Assembly: GCA_951406725.2 (NCBI GenBank)
Contig: OX597817.1
Location: 20,398,001 to 20,462,000 of the forward strand
Direction: 5' to 3'
DNA from: Octopus vulgaris
Taxonomy: Eukaryota
DNA length: 64,000 nucleotides
Of this stretch, positions 43,698-58,399 are shown piece by piece. Position 1 is the stretch's first letter. Each line of letters begins with the position of its first letter. The notes under the pieces are model-generated. The model was not told where the DNA came from, did not search any database, and saw only the letters and a program-made list of their open reading frames with translations. A program made the position numbers and the translations under genes.

Positions 43698-44420
43698 GAC
43701 CTGTGGGCTTATGTCGAACAACTGCTGTCACGTGTGGGACGAGTCGGTTTATCAGCTGAGTCTATCGTCAATATTATCACGCCTCCTTCCTTCAAATGGG
43801 AAGGAAGATCTATTTTCATCATCCTTGTGGCTATGGCGAAAGAATGTATCTGGTGGACGCGTCTGAAAGGATTGGAGACAAACACTTTCCTCTCTGGTCA
43901 ATCTCTCATCAACTTCTTCAAGTACCACTTGAAAAGGAAAGTGAGAGTAGAGAGGCAAGTTTTGTCTAGCGAATGTTTTAAAAAAAGATGGGTGAATGTA
44001 GCAACAATGGCACGTATGAATGACGAAGCCACCTTGAGCATGATCCTATGAACCCAGAAATTGAAAACAGAGAGTTGCTTATTCGCAAAAAAAAAAAAAG
44101 AAATATAACATGTGACTCCATTGACCGAGGTTACCGTGGTCTTTTCCGTAGGCTTTTCTTTCCACGGGTAAACCTCACCTGTCCTCCCCTTTACACTTCA
44201 TATTGACATTTCTGTGATAACGATCCCTATTGATCAATTTTTTTTTTTTCCTCTCCCCCTTTTTTTAACCCCCCCTTTTTTGTCCTCTTTCTCTCCTTTT
44301 ACGATCCCTTTTGATCGAAACTCCCCCTTCCTTTTTTTTTTCAAACCTTCAAAAGAAAAGCTCTACCTTGTAATTTGTTCTATCTGTGTGCAGCCATGTG
44401 TGGCTAATAAAGAAACATAT
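43697..44420 (+). mobile_element. 3' end of a Tx1/L1-type LINE, 5'-truncated against (TATC)n
   Basis: LWAYVEQLL..ILVAMAKECIWWTR..FKKRW C-terminus (ORF 43734-44051); pyrimidine-rich 3' UTR ending in AATAAA. Confidence 0.7.
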
Positions 44421-45850
44421 GTTAGTTAGTTAGTTAGTTAATTTGGCTCAAAAGCAAATAGCAAGGCCATGTAAGGGGGCATGGAGTTAAGTACAGGGTG
44501 GTGTTCATGTAAAGAGTTCAGGCCACTTGAACAAAGCGGTCGTCGGCATCTTCACCATCTCGTCTGGCAGCTTGTTCCACGGATCCGCAACCCGGACGGA
44601 GAAAGCTCCTCTCCTTCGATTGAGATGAAATCGTCGCAGGTAGAGCTTTTCGGAATGACCCCGCAGCCGACGCTCTGGAGCAGGAGTGAAGAACAGCTCT
44701 TTCGAGAGGTTACACTTTCCGCTTATGATGTTGTGGGCGAGAATGAGATCACCACGGCGGCGGCGTTTTTCAAGAGAATAAAGGTCGAGCGTCCTCAGCC
44801 TTTCTTCGTAGGACAAATTTTTGAGACCATGAACGATGCGGGTAGCCAGCTTCTGGACTCTTTCGAGATGCTGTATGTCTTTGAGGAGATAAGGAGAAGA
44901 GGTTTGAATCCCATACTCCAATATGGGTCTCACCAGCGTGACATAGAGTGGTAGGAATATGGCTGCTGTGAGCCTTCCGAATGACCGTCGAATCAAGAAC
45001 AGAATTCCGCGTGCTTTGTTGGCAGCATGGACGCACTGGGCCGAAGGCGAAAAGGAGGAATTCACCAAGATACCTAGGTCCTTTACCTGATCGGTCTTCT
45101 CCAACAGCAGACGACCCGGCTCGAAATCAAGTTGAATTGCAGGAGTAGAGCCGACAGGCAGATGACAGCACTTTGACACGTTCAGACACAGGTCCCAATT
45201 GTTAGACCACTTCCAAATTTGGTGGAGGCATCGACGAAGATCCTCTATATTACCGCGAGGAGCGACCAGTTTGATATTGTCGGCAAATAGAAGGGTGTGT
45301 TGCGTGAGGTCGTCGGGCAAGTCATTTATGAAGACTAAGAACAACAAGGGCCCAAGCACTGAACCTTGAGGCACGCCACTGCTCGCACTGGAGACGTCGG
45401 AGCGCGAACCATTAACTTGGACTTGGAAGGAGCGATCTGAGAGGAAGGCACCAACCCATCGTACAATATCCGGATGGAAACTATATGCTTGAAGCTTGAT
45501 AAGCAATAGGCGGTGGTTTACCGAGTCAAAAGCTTTGGCAAAGTCCAGTAAAACGATGTCAACAGCATCACTATCATCGAGGATGCGCGTCACCAATTCT
45601 TCCATTACTAGTAGGTTGGTCAAGCATGATCTCTTCGGCACGAAGCCGTGTTGGGAATCAGAGATAGAGGCTGTGTTTAGGAGGTGGAGCATCATACTTT
45701 TCTTAAGGGTGGTTTCAAACATCTTGCTGATAATTGATGTAAGGGAAACCGGTCGGTAGTTAAGCGGGTCTTCGCGGGTCCCTTTCTTTAAAATTGGGCA
45801 GATTATCGCTGTTCTCCAGTCTGCAGGTATAACACCCGTCGCCACAACTG
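44421..45850 (-). mobile_element. Young 5'-truncated CR1-type LINE with open RT frame
   Basis: [66 protein letters not shown] without stops; (TAAC)n tail at 44421-44440. Confidence 0.95.
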
Positions 45851-45977
45851 ACAGCCGAGCGATCAAACGCACACACGTACACAAAAAATGTTTTGTACCC
45901 CTTTTTTGAATCACGTGTAGAATGAAATAAAACGATTTCTGTTCAATCTTCGTTCGGCTCCATTTCTTCAATTCACC

Positions 45978-46038
<61 letters not shown>

Positions 46039-46047
46039 GATATATAC

Positions 46048-46107
<60 letters not shown>

Positions 46108-46165
46108 GGCGGTGCCCCAGCATGGCCACAGTTCATTAGCTGAAACTGGAAAAATCAAAATCATA

Positions 46166-46201
<36 letters not shown>

Positions 46202-46216
46202 GATATATACATATAC

Positions 46217-46274
<58 letters not shown>

Positions 46275-46298
46275 AGATATATACATACATACATACAT

Positions 46299-46360
<62 letters not shown>

Positions 46361-47322
46361 CCTATTTCGATTAATACTGTAAACTAAACTTTGCTAATAT
46401 CACAGTGCTGAATCTTGTTGCAAAATAACGCGTAAACCTGTGATCAGTCACAAGATATTAGCAAGTTCGTATATATATGGATGAGTTATTTCCCTCCAAA
46501 AACAATCGCGCGAGAGTGTTTTCTATTTAGGAATGCGTGAGAATGCATATAAAGATGTAAAGGATATCAGCGAATGAAATGACACAGGCGCTTCTACGTG
46601 CCTTTGTTTCGTCAACTACGAATATCACTTATTTAGAGCATACTTATTTAACGCACAACGTAACTGAAAGCAGTACGCATGCTGAATTGCGAAAAGAACT
46701 GTTTAAGTTAGAATGAAACAAAATCGTAGGAAACAACGTTCAATGAAGTATGAATTTACACGAATGTATTTTACTCAACGACTCATCACGCAAAATCGTA
46801 GCTTGATCAAACGTTACATACATTCTCGTGTATAACATTGGCTGTTCTAGTAAGACTGGTCTCATTCTTGTCGCATTATGAATGATAGATACGTGACTCA
46901 CCGAATGACAGAACGCAAAAACGTAAGCATCTTAAGCATCTACAAGGTCATTCACAACCCTATATATGTTTCCGTTTATATCTATCTGGACATTTTCTCT
47001 AGCAGAATCTCTTCTCTCGACCCATTCTGCATAAACACATTCAACATGTATTTACACGAATATATATATGTACGCTAAATATGTATGTATCCTTTACCTG
47101 ACTGGGCAGTGCGTTGTGCTCTTTAGAAACACACTTCATTCCCCTTGCACGGCAATGATGAGGGACATTTTTGCTCCTGTTCAGGCAACGTTGATTTAAT
47201 GGAGGGTGTGATCTGATTTACATCACTTACATTGGATCACACAACAAAGAAATCATGTGCTGATTGTTAAGTGAAACTAAACACACATACGTCATGTTCA
47301 ACAGGAAATTAGTTTCATATAC

Positions 47323-47390
<68 letters not shown>

Positions 47391-47397
<7 letters not shown>

Positions 47398-48140
47398 AAT
47401 TCATAAATGGGGGCAAAGGAAAACATTTCTAATGCCAAATATGCCGAAAAATTGGACATATTGTCCGTTAACCATTAACCAATTATTCGGCATATTTGGC
47501 ATTAGAAATTTTTTCCTTTGCCCTCATTTATGAATTGTTTATAACTGTAACCGTTAAAGGTACTTTTTAATATGCTGGCCATTGATAAAATTTTCTTCGA
47601 GAAAATATTTTTTTTTCGAAAAGAATTTTATCCTCACATTTGATATAAATTTAAGCTTTCACTTCCGAACTAACTCACTCTGTGAGAGCCTCAGTTCAAA
47701 TCGCACGTGTCTCGTATGGTCTGGAGTATTTCTATTTTGGATGTATTTGGGGTACTTAGTTGTGCCCGTGACTTAGTATTTGCTTCTTCCATGGGTATGA
47801 GTAAGTATCTCATTTATTTCTTTTGCTACATGTATCACTGACGAAGAGAGGGCTCTTAGTAGCTAACTCTGAAATCGGTCCGATATGGTAATAATGGAAT
47901 TTTTTAGAAATTTCTTTGGACCTTTTTTCGAGTAGCGTGCGTATTGTGAAAACAATTATATGGTTAATGGACAATATGTCCAATTTTTCGGCATAATTGG
48001 CATTAGAAATTTTTTACTTTGCCCTCATTTATGAAATGTTTATAAATTTAACCGTTAAAGGTACTTTTTAATATGCTGGCCATTGATAAAATTTTCTTCG
48101 AGAAAAATTTTGTTTTCGAAAAGAATTTTATCCTCACATT

Positions 48141-48143
<3 letters not shown>
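47391..48143 (+). mobile_element. ~500-bp non-coding monomer with partial tandem repeat, inverted 5' extension and hammerhead (PLE/retrozyme-like)
   Basis: Direct repeat 47486-47645 vs 47987-48145; 47391-47475 is the reverse complement of 47960-48043; (AT)n flanks. Confidence 0.82.
47832..47886 (+). ncRNA. Type I hammerhead ribozyme motif
   Basis: GTATCA-CTGACGA-AGAG..CTCT-GAAA-TCG-GTC-CGATAT; predicted cleavage after GUC at 47880; one mismatch at the base of stem I. Confidence 0.72.
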
Positions 48144-48182
<39 letters not shown>

Positions 48183-48501
48183 TATGATGCATGGTAGTGG
48201 AATTTTCGTCTTGAGGCTCAAACAACAAACTACGCTGAATGGTTAGGGTATTCACATAATTGGGGTCAAGACCGGTTTATTTTAACTGGTCGTAGTATAT
48301 GCAAAATAAGTAAACCAAAATAGTGATAGTTTCAAGTTAATGAATACCTACGTTTCAGATGTGCGTAATATAAAATAGGAAATGCATTCAATTCGTTAAT
48401 CTTTCTCATTTAAAACATGTCAAATATGAACGAATTTATTGTTATATCTCCATATATATGCGATAAGAGTAGTAAGTTAGTTAGTAATTTAGGATACTAT
48501 G

Positions 48502-48576
<75 letters not shown>

Positions 48577-48673
48577 TAATATCACAGTGGTGAATCTTCT
48601 TGCAAAACAGCGTGTAGTAAGTTAGCTAGTAATTTAGGATAATATAATATTATATGCATATACAATCTATCTA

Positions 48674-48716
<43 letters not shown>

Positions 48717-48726
48717 TTATCTATCA

Positions 48727-48784
<58 letters not shown>

Positions 48785-48808
48785 TATCTATTTATCTATC
48801 TACACACG

Positions 48809-48846
<38 letters not shown>

Positions 48847-50234
48847 GGCATCACCTATATATACATACATATGTATACATACACACACACATATATATAG
48901 AGAGACATCACCTATATATGCATACGTACACACACAAAGACAAGAGAATGATGTTCACAGCTGATCCTTTTCCAGAGGGTATGGTGGTTGGTCCGTACGT
49001 CAATGAAGATATATATAGTTAAGTATAATACCAGCTAAACCCAAGTAGTATTTTGAGTGCTGCGTTCAGATTGAAGGAATAGATTAAGTGGTTACTTTTA
49101 GGAAATTGGTCCACGTGGGTGTATAGTATGAAAGCGACAGACATCATGATAGACAGAGAGATCAGGGAGAAAGAGGTTGTGAGTGAAAGAAAGGAAAGGT
49201 TGCTGCAAAGGAAGTTACTGGAAAGAAAGTGATCGAAAGTAAAGATAATATGCAGAGCCCTGCACACGCACACATAAAAGTAAGAGATAGAGGCCTGCGT
49301 CAGTGTAGACTCGGGGTGTGATGTCAGCTTTTGTGTGATGGTAAACTGGAGGACGAAAGCATTTATGAATATTAAAGTTTAATTAAATAGATGGATTCTA
49401 GTTTCTGCCTGGTCAGAAAGAATATTTAAATTTAGTTCAGTGGTCAGTAAGGAGAGCGAAAATTCTAGAAATAGCTACCTAACTTAAGGGAATATACCTA
49501 AAATTAAAACTTAAAGATTACAATCAAAGTGTAACAATTAGAAAGATTATCACAGCAAACTTTTAAGATGCTTATGTCGATAGACTGATAAATGAAGGAA
49601 AAAAACGTACGTATATTGCAAAGATCGTGAGTGTAGATAGGCAAGTGTTATGCGTGTTGAATATCATTGAATTTGCACCTGCGGGAAAACCTAAAAGCGG
49701 AAGTGGTAATGTCGATAAACATGTCTACTGGTGGCATTGGTGGCTGATGTTGAGGCTGCGTTGAATGATAAATTAAGAAAAAAAAGTTTTTCAAACGTAA
49801 CTGTTGATAAAGGAGTAAATATTCAGTTATTCTCTGTACGAGAACAATTATAGTCATATAATTTATTTAGTAAGTTTATGTGTACATAGTTTAGAAAAAG
49901 ATTCATGGTAATACTGTGTCTTGTTATCTCTATTACTATGGGTATTGTGCTAGTGAATGTCTTTTTATAGTGATAGCTCAGCTATTAACTGATAGTTGAA
50001 GCGAGTGGGTACTAATTTTTTTAAATTCTGGGTTTAGCTTTTTGTTTTAGTTTGATCTCTTTATAATAATCCTGGACATACTGACATGCTACGTGTTACG
50101 GTTATCTAAATCTAATGACACCCCTCTCGTTCCAGATCCAACGAATGCCGTTTTCTTCAAGAGAGAGAGAGAGACATAATGAGAGAGAGAGATAATGAGA
50201 GAGAGAGAGAAACATATTCAAGTGTGTACATGGT

Positions 50235-50515
50235 GAAGGGGCATTGCTTAATGGTTATGTTATCCGCTTATCTTCCGAGGATTCGGAGTTCGATTTTGCA
50301 AGACACTTTATCTCATATTGCTCCACTGTAATCACCTGACAAAAATGAACTTTAATCATAATTCAAACGGCCAGCCGTGTCAAATTCTTGTCATGCTGAA
50401 TATCTCAGAAAACTACACGTGTGTGTGGAGTGTTTATCCTTAGCACATTAATTTCACGAGTAGGCTGTTCCGCTGTTTGAATGAACTGGAGCGCTTTTGG
50501 TCTTACCCTTTCGAG
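50235..50515 (+). mobile_element. Decayed SINE sharing the family B 3' half under a different head
   Basis: Head TTAATGGTTATG..GGAGTTCGATT; CATTAATTTCACGAGTAGGCTGTTCCG matches the reverse complement of ~8073-8099. Confidence 0.65.
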
Positions 50516-51913
50516 TACCACACGTGTGAGCGCGCTCGTGTGTGTGTAAGGGGATTGAGATAATTACCTGCATACTTCAAATGATTTTTATGATCCTCTG
50601 AACTGAATTAAATAATATACTTGCAGTCATAAAGGATCAAATTTTATAAAATGAATGAAAATTCATATTCGCTTTTTTCAATGAATTCCCTGTGAAGAAA
50701 ATCCTGAAATAAGAATTGAAGAACCTGGAAAGTCTGAGTTTGGTTTAAGATTAAACAAATGATAAATAGATCCATTAAATACAGTCGGTATAGATTATTT
50801 AAAGTGGATGTGTTGTATACACATATAGATGCTAAAATATTTCGACATATATTAGTGTAACATCGTCTTAAAATATACATAAAAATGCCCATTATCTCTA
50901 TTGGACGTATTTCAAAACAATGTGGAGATTCCGCTAAAATGAAGAATGTGAAAAATAAAAAAAAAACTATGTTTATTCAATAAACAGTATTGATGAAGCA
51001 ATGACCATAACTGAAGAGATCAATTCACATAAGCTAATGGAAATTGAGATGTAGGTAAATATATATTTATTCTCTAAGAAGTAAAGTACAAAGAGATTCG
51101 TGATATTTTCAAAAGTATAAAGAACACACATTCAGTGAAATGCATCAAACGTTTCTGTGAGCAATCATAATACGTGATGGAACTCAATCGAATATTTGAA
51201 AAGTATATCTCAGTGCAAATAATCGATACAAAGACAAAAAAAAATGTATGTGGGAGAAATATATCTAATGAGAATTAATATAAACAATTTCTACACTGTT
51301 AATTTTATCCGTCATTGGTGACACAAACAGGAATAAAAAGAAAATAATTGTAAAATATAGATTGAAACTCTATTATTAATGTATGCAAGCAACGAACACA
51401 AAAGCATAACAGAATTATAGACTATACAATGTACTGTAGATTTTACGTATCACCATTTGCCAAAACAAATCAACAACTGATAAAAGTAAACAAACGAATA
51501 AATATCAGTGCATTGATAATGTGATTGACATACTCCACAATATCTAATGAAATGGTGGCAAGTCTCGTATGAACAGTAGTAAAATTTCTCACGAGAGTAA
51601 CATAGTTTACGACAAATAAGCAGAGATTAAAGGAACATTTTAGAAGACTAATCACCACGAAAACCCATAGGAAAAGTTTTTTTCGATAAGAAGCATGAAG
51701 TAATCATAAAACGAAATAATATGTAGTATGTCAATGAAAATTAGGTAAAATATCCCTCGAAAATATGCAAAAGTGACAAATAATTTGTGCAAAGTTTGTG
51801 GGTATAGTTTCATAGCAAAGGACACACATACGCACACGATCACTCACACACTCTTACACACACATACTCACACACGTATATGTATGTATGTATGTGCATA
51901 TACATAAACATAC

Positions 51914-51976
<63 letters not shown>

Positions 51977-52303
51977 CATGCATACAATATACATACATGT
52001 ATGTATGTCTAAGTGTGTGATCGATATTTGCAAATATTCTGCTAACTTTCATCCACAATTGTGTGTGTGTATCTACACACATATATACATACGCGCATAT
52101 CAAAATATACATGTATACATCTATCTGCCTACCATTATATATATTTACACATGTTTGCGCACGGACACACACGCACATAAACACAGTCAAAGGTGGAGAA
52201 ATGACATATATACATATGCATACTAGTGTACACGCACAACTATACATACATGCATACATACGCACACTTATACACACACATATTTATATATCTTACACAT
52301 GTT

Positions 52304-52355
<52 letters not shown>

Positions 52356-52429
52356 CTTATATGTGTAGGTGTGTGTATGTGTCCATGTATCTAATGTTAG
52401 GTAAAAATATTCAAATCTCTTAATGTACA

Positions 52430-54270
52430 CAATGCAGGAAGAATACAACGTGATGAAAGATTTAAATGTTTAGTGAGAAGGCCTGGTGTTACTAATATTC
52501 CTGGCATTAGTACTATACGTGGGAAGAGAAAAGGTGTTAAATATAGTGGAAGTAAGAATTAAAAGTAAAATGATTTTCGGCAGCATTGTTGCCTGTTGAA
52601 AGGATATTCTGGTTGCTTATAATAGTGAACGTGCTTGCAGAGTCGCTTTTCAAGGGAGTATTTGAAAGTGCTGAATGGGCAAATGGAGCGGTTCTTTGTG
52701 AAAGTTAAGGAAAAAGTCAAAATGCAACGCGTGCCTGTGTGTGAGTGTATGTGAGTGCGTATGTTTGTGTGTGTGCTTTCATATGTGCGTGTCTCTGTGT
52801 GCGTGTGTGTGTGTGTGGACGAATATGAAAAAAGTATACGAGTGTATATGTGTGTACTCGTGTGCGTGACTTGTACCTTTGGTTCTGGGTGTATGTATAT
52901 GACAGTCAGCGTAGGCGATGTGATTCTTTATATGCGCGTGTTCTCTATAGATTAAGTCTCTTTAATGTGCTCACGACTTCTCTACCTTCCTGTGGGTTCA
53001 AATGTAAACTGAATATCAAAGTATGCAAATGTATCCATACAAATAATAAATAAATGCACAATTTTTGTTAAAATGTTATTCTTTTACATCGAGCAGAACC
53101 GAATATTAAAATCAGGTATATTTTAGTAAAATCGCTCGTTTTGAATTTGATGAGCGGTGTCGAAAAAGAGAAAGAGGGAAGGAAAGTGAATGAATGAAGA
53201 ACATAGCGTGGGAGCAGTATGATCGAAGTTCGATTAAGACTGAGAGCCTTTGTATGATAGCGGGTGACGCAGGTGAAATTTAATGTATGGTGGTGTGTAA
53301 GTCTGTATGTTGTTTGTTTATAGAGAAGTGAGCAAATGAATAGCTGCTAATGTATGTTTCTGAATTGTGTGTAAATAGTTGTTTGTAAATTGCGTATGTG
53401 CTTGTGCTCTTTCTGAATACACGATAGATTAAATATAAGTGTGTGTGTGTGAACTGTGCGAATGTGCGTGAGCAGTGATGCTTGTATTTATCCATGATTT
53501 ATGTGTATGAATGCGATTCAATATGTATATAGCGTAAAATATGTTTCTGTGTACGCTTTCTATATGTGGTTCTGTTATTGTCATTTATGTGTATGATTTG
53601 AACAGGACTAACATAGAAAATATAGTGTACTAACTGTCGATAAGTGGGACGGTATTCTTAGGTGGAAATAGCTGATAAAGGGGATATAAGAACTCAGTCA
53701 TTCTGAAGGGAAGGTGAGGCTAAAACAGTTATCTAACTAACAAACGTGTGGTCCAACATTATGAAGTTTTTTGAGCGACTATCATGGTCGTGGTTGCTTG
53801 TAAGTTGGAATACTTAGGGCACTAAATAAGTTGTTTTTGATTTTACAAGGAACAAAATTCAGTTCTGGTGTGTATCAATTTAACTACATACAAATGACAG
53901 ACGTTCAAGCTGGAGAAGCGATACAGAGGCCTAGCAGGTTTGATAGAACGTAATGGCTCGCTAAAATTGTCTTTTCAAATATTTTGCCAATATTCTCTTT
54001 AATACCTAAGTTATAATTATTTGTTTGTGGTTTTCATTATTTTATCTGATTGTACAATCTTATTCATGCTTGCTCCAGCGTGACAGCGTGATTCAGATTA
54101 TTTAGGACACATTGCATCTAGGTTTGTAGTGTAGAGTCAGATGATACCATTTCCAGTCGGGGACATTTTTGTTGTTTTCGTTTTCAGTGTTAGAGTATAC
54201 AGTGATCAATTCTCGTGACATGCACTATTTCAACAGCTACAAAGGAAGGATAATATATCTGTAAACCAGT
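52430..54270 (-). mobile_element. Possible very old L2/CR1-type LINE relic
   Basis: Only scattered weak RT-like motifs on the minus strand. Confidence 0.3.
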
Positions 54271-54444
54271 GTATATTAATGATCTTGTAATCGTACATCG
54301 CATCCATTTACATTAGACATATTTATGTATATCCGTATTTGTCTCTCAATCAAAAGAAATAGCTCTTTTAAAGTATTTTGTGCGGCACGAAATAAAAAGA
54401 AGTTATTGCACAGAATCTTAAGAAATATTAATGCATATATATGT

Positions 54445-55125
54445 GTACCTTTTGCGGCCGAGGTGTTAGCCGAGAGGTTGGCCCCTGTCATCGACAAAAT
54501 GGTCCACTAGGCGCAAACGTGCGCCGTGTCGGGTAGGAATATCCATGATAAACCCCGTCTGATGCGCTACATCATAGACAGGGTAATTAGGTAACCTGGC
54601 ATGGATGGTGCGTTGATCAATATGGATCAATCAAAAGCATTCGATAGGACAGACCATCACTACTTGCAGGCTGTCCTTAGAGTTGTTGATTTCGGTCCAC
54701 GGTTGGATTGCTGCCTTATAGAGCGGCATCTGATCGGTAGTTCGCGTAAATGGTCATCCATCCAGACCATTTAATATTGCGAGTTCGGTTCGTTAAAGAC
54801 GCCCCCTCACGTCGCTTCTGTACGTATTGACTATTGAGCCACTACTGCGGATGCTGGCGACGCTGCAGGGCATCCTGCAACAGTTAGGATGCGGGAGAAG
54901 CGTGTCTGCATACGCGAACGACGTCATCGTCATAGTGTCAAGCCACAGGCATACCGACCTGGTCAGCGAGATACTAAAAGAATACAAAGCGATAACGGGA
55001 GCAAAAATTAACCAGGAAAAGTCAGTGGGCTTGCGGCTCGGCGCCTGGAGAAGGAAGCTTATACCGTCCAACAGCGTCTCCATCGTAGGGCGCTGGACCG
55101 ATGGACCAGTTAAATTGCTCGTAAT
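54445..55125 (+). mobile_element. Tx1/L1-type RT fragment, disrupted
   Basis: VLAERLAPVI..QTCAVSGRNIHD..MDQSKAFDR..LLYVLTIEPLL..SAYANDV..GAKINQEKS. Confidence 0.88.
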
Positions 55126-55129
55126 CTGT

Positions 55130-55400
55130 AACGAGCTATTTGCCGAACTGCTAAGTTACAGGGACGTAATCACACCCACACCGGTTCTGAAACAGTGGAG
55201 GGGAAAACAAAGAAACAAAGGCACACACACACATACATGTATACGACGGTCTTCATTCAGTTTCCGTATACCAAATCCACTCAGAAGACTTTGGTCGGCC
55301 CTAGGATAAAAAATGAAAACACTTCCCGAAGTTGCACCGCAGTAGGACTAAACTCGGAACCATATGGTTGAGAAGCAAGTTTCGTACCACACAGCCACGT
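55130..55400 (-). mobile_element. Family C SINE (partial)
   Basis: TTTGCCGAACTGCTAAGTTACAGGGACGTAA..TTCAGTTTCCGTATACCAAATCCACTCA..ACCACACAGCCAC. Confidence 0.82.
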
Positions 55401-57072
55401 CTGTGTACATGAGCGAGTTGTGCACATGACATGTGTTTTTTTCAAAATTTTAAGAGTTATGCTAAATAACATAATACGAAACGAATCTTGACAATATTTC
55501 TGTAGCGATTGCTATCTTCTTTGCAGGACATTTTGTGAAATCAATGCTTTAGTATTTAAGACAAAAGAGACGTGTGAAGAATTCATCTGGCAAGTGGTGA
55601 TCTCTGAATGTCATTCATCTTTGAGACTTGGCATTTTTGTTTTTGTTGGAAATTCTAATCTTTTCATAGACTTCCTAATTCAGAGTGTTATTGGCTTCAT
55701 TGTTGAGTTATCACTCAAACTGTGTATGCGTTTTGGTTGTTTCTCTCTGAGGGAATACCATTATATTATTTAACCAAACCTAATTCACTATTCGCCAACA
55801 ATAGGCTAATAACGCCAACCATGTCAGTTATGCATTCATTAAATTTCCCATTGACTACTAGATTCATTGTAATAAGAGAATGAAACTAATTTCGTAACAT
55901 TTTTTTAATGATGTGCACATAACTTTCATACACAACAATATAGATATATCCATACATATACATACATTCATGCATACACAAACACATGAGCGCACATGTA
56001 CTCACCTATATATCCATACACACACACATACACACACACACATATATATGCATTTGTGTGAATATATGTGTACGTGTATGTGAGTCTGGAAGTGTTGCTT
56101 ACGTTTGAATGTATGTGAGTGTGTTTATTTGTATACACATATAAATATATGCCCATATATACGTGCCAGTACTCGGGTTTGTGCAAAAGCGTTATTGGTT
56201 TCTTGTATCAATTTTTAATATAATTTTCTCACTGTATCAATTTAATTTTATTTTATTTTGAAATTGATATTTTCCATAAAGATACAGAAGCGTTAAAGCA
56301 AATAATTTGTAACTTCGTTCACCGATACACATTCTCATTTCTATATACTGTCAAACGCACACAAACACACATAGAAGCAAAGACATGAAGTATCCAAACG
56401 CAGACGAGTGTCGTACGCATTGGCATGTTCACACAACGACATACAGGCAAATTTACAATAAAAACGTCACAATTAACACAGCAAGACAATTGCAGCTACC
56501 AGTTTATTGTGTTGCATTTTAAAAGACATTTAAATATATCATTATCAGATAGCACGGCTATATTGTTATAAGCAATAGATGGTCGAAGTAAAAATAAAGA
56601 AAGCTGTAAAATTAAAGTAGAAATAGGATTCATAAACAAATGATGGAAGAAATGAAATACTTTGGAATTTATTTAAATATATTGGAACAATATAACCGCA
56701 TTTTACTGAAAAACTTAATATCTTGGACTAAGATGGTGGTTAATTAAATTTCTAAAAAATATTATATAATATATACTACAGAAATGACTCCATCTCATTG
56801 TACATTTATTAATTTCATACGTAAACCAAGAGCCCCGCTGAATTATGCATTTAAATCTATTGTTATATATAATTTCAAACAATGGGATCATTCACAGAAA
56901 AATATTTTCACCAAAATATGAAAGGCCGCCTATATATAATAGCGTCTGTATGTATGTGTGTATATATATATATTTATACATACATACATACATATACATA
57001 TACACATATGTTTGAGTATACATATATGTTTATATGTATAAATACATGTGCGCATATATATGTATATATAGG

Positions 57073-57147
<75 letters not shown>

Positions 57148-57768
57148 GTGTGTGTTTGTGCGTGTAGGTATATACAAAAAAAGTGAAAGTAGAAAATACT
57201 TCTTCCTTCGGCCACCTTCTTCCTTACCTTACTACTATTGCTACGAAAATATTATAAACACTACATTCAGAAAAGATGTCTCAAGAATTCAGTCACTAGT
57301 ACCATTCACAACACGTCAATTTCAGGGTACTACAATCATGCCACTCCCACATTCTATGCCTTCTCCTCCTCCCATCCTCCTCCTCTCTTCCTTCCGCCCC
57401 TTCCTCATCGCCTCCTCCCCATCCATTCTCCTCCCATCCTCTCATCCTCCTCCCCTCCTCCTCCCATTCTTCTTCTTCTTCTTCTTCTTCTTCTTCTTCT
57501 TCTTCTTCTTCTTCTACTTCTTCTCTGCCAAGAACTTACAACAACCTCGAACCCACAATAGTAAACAACAGAGACAAGACAGACAGAAACAAGGAAAATG
57601 CCCCTTGTATCTGAATATTATGCAAATATTCTTTTTAAAGGATATTTCTTTCAGTTTTTCCAAATTTTAATTGTTTTCCATACAGTTGAAAATGTCTCAA
57701 TGCCTGGAATCGGTACAGAAATGTTTTTCTTATAAAGTTATTTTAGAATTTTCTACATTGAATTTTTT

Positions 57769-57811
<43 letters not shown>

Positions 57812-57839
57812 TATATGCATCTATGTACATATATATACA

Positions 57840-57907
<68 letters not shown>

Positions 57908-58137
57908 ATATATATATAATAATTTTGATATATATTTTAAATAATATAAATTAATTAATCTTATGTATTGGCTTAAGTTTTTTTATTGTATGATTTGCCT
58001 AATAGTGGTTTTATCTCTAATTTAATATAATATAATATTTTACTATAAAATTGGATTCAATCCTAAATCTGATTTTCCCTGTAAGTTTGGATTTATTCCC
58101 TAATATTTTATTATATGTATATATATATATATATATA

Positions 58138-58178
<41 letters not shown>

Positions 58179-58399
58179 ATCGCTTAAGGATAGACATATC
58201 ACTAAGCCAGTCTTATAACTGAATGCATATGTGTTTAGGAAGAAACCATTATTAACATACGGTCGATGGTAAGGAAGTAAATAAATGACAAAGGGATAGG
58301 AATTGTGTAATGAAGATTATTAGATTAATGCTATGTCTGCTATAATATACAACGCCAGCGTGGTCGCACGTTTGTATATTAACATATACCGTTCTGTGG

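Noticed and set aside
45850-46136. N-terminal part of the 543-aa ORF
   Set aside because: Read-through into (AT)n and a SINE tail fragment; RT homology stops near 45850, so this is not a full-length protein.
49020-49280. Possible Penelope RT fragment on the minus strand
   Set aside because: Motif similarity is too weak to support without a profile search.
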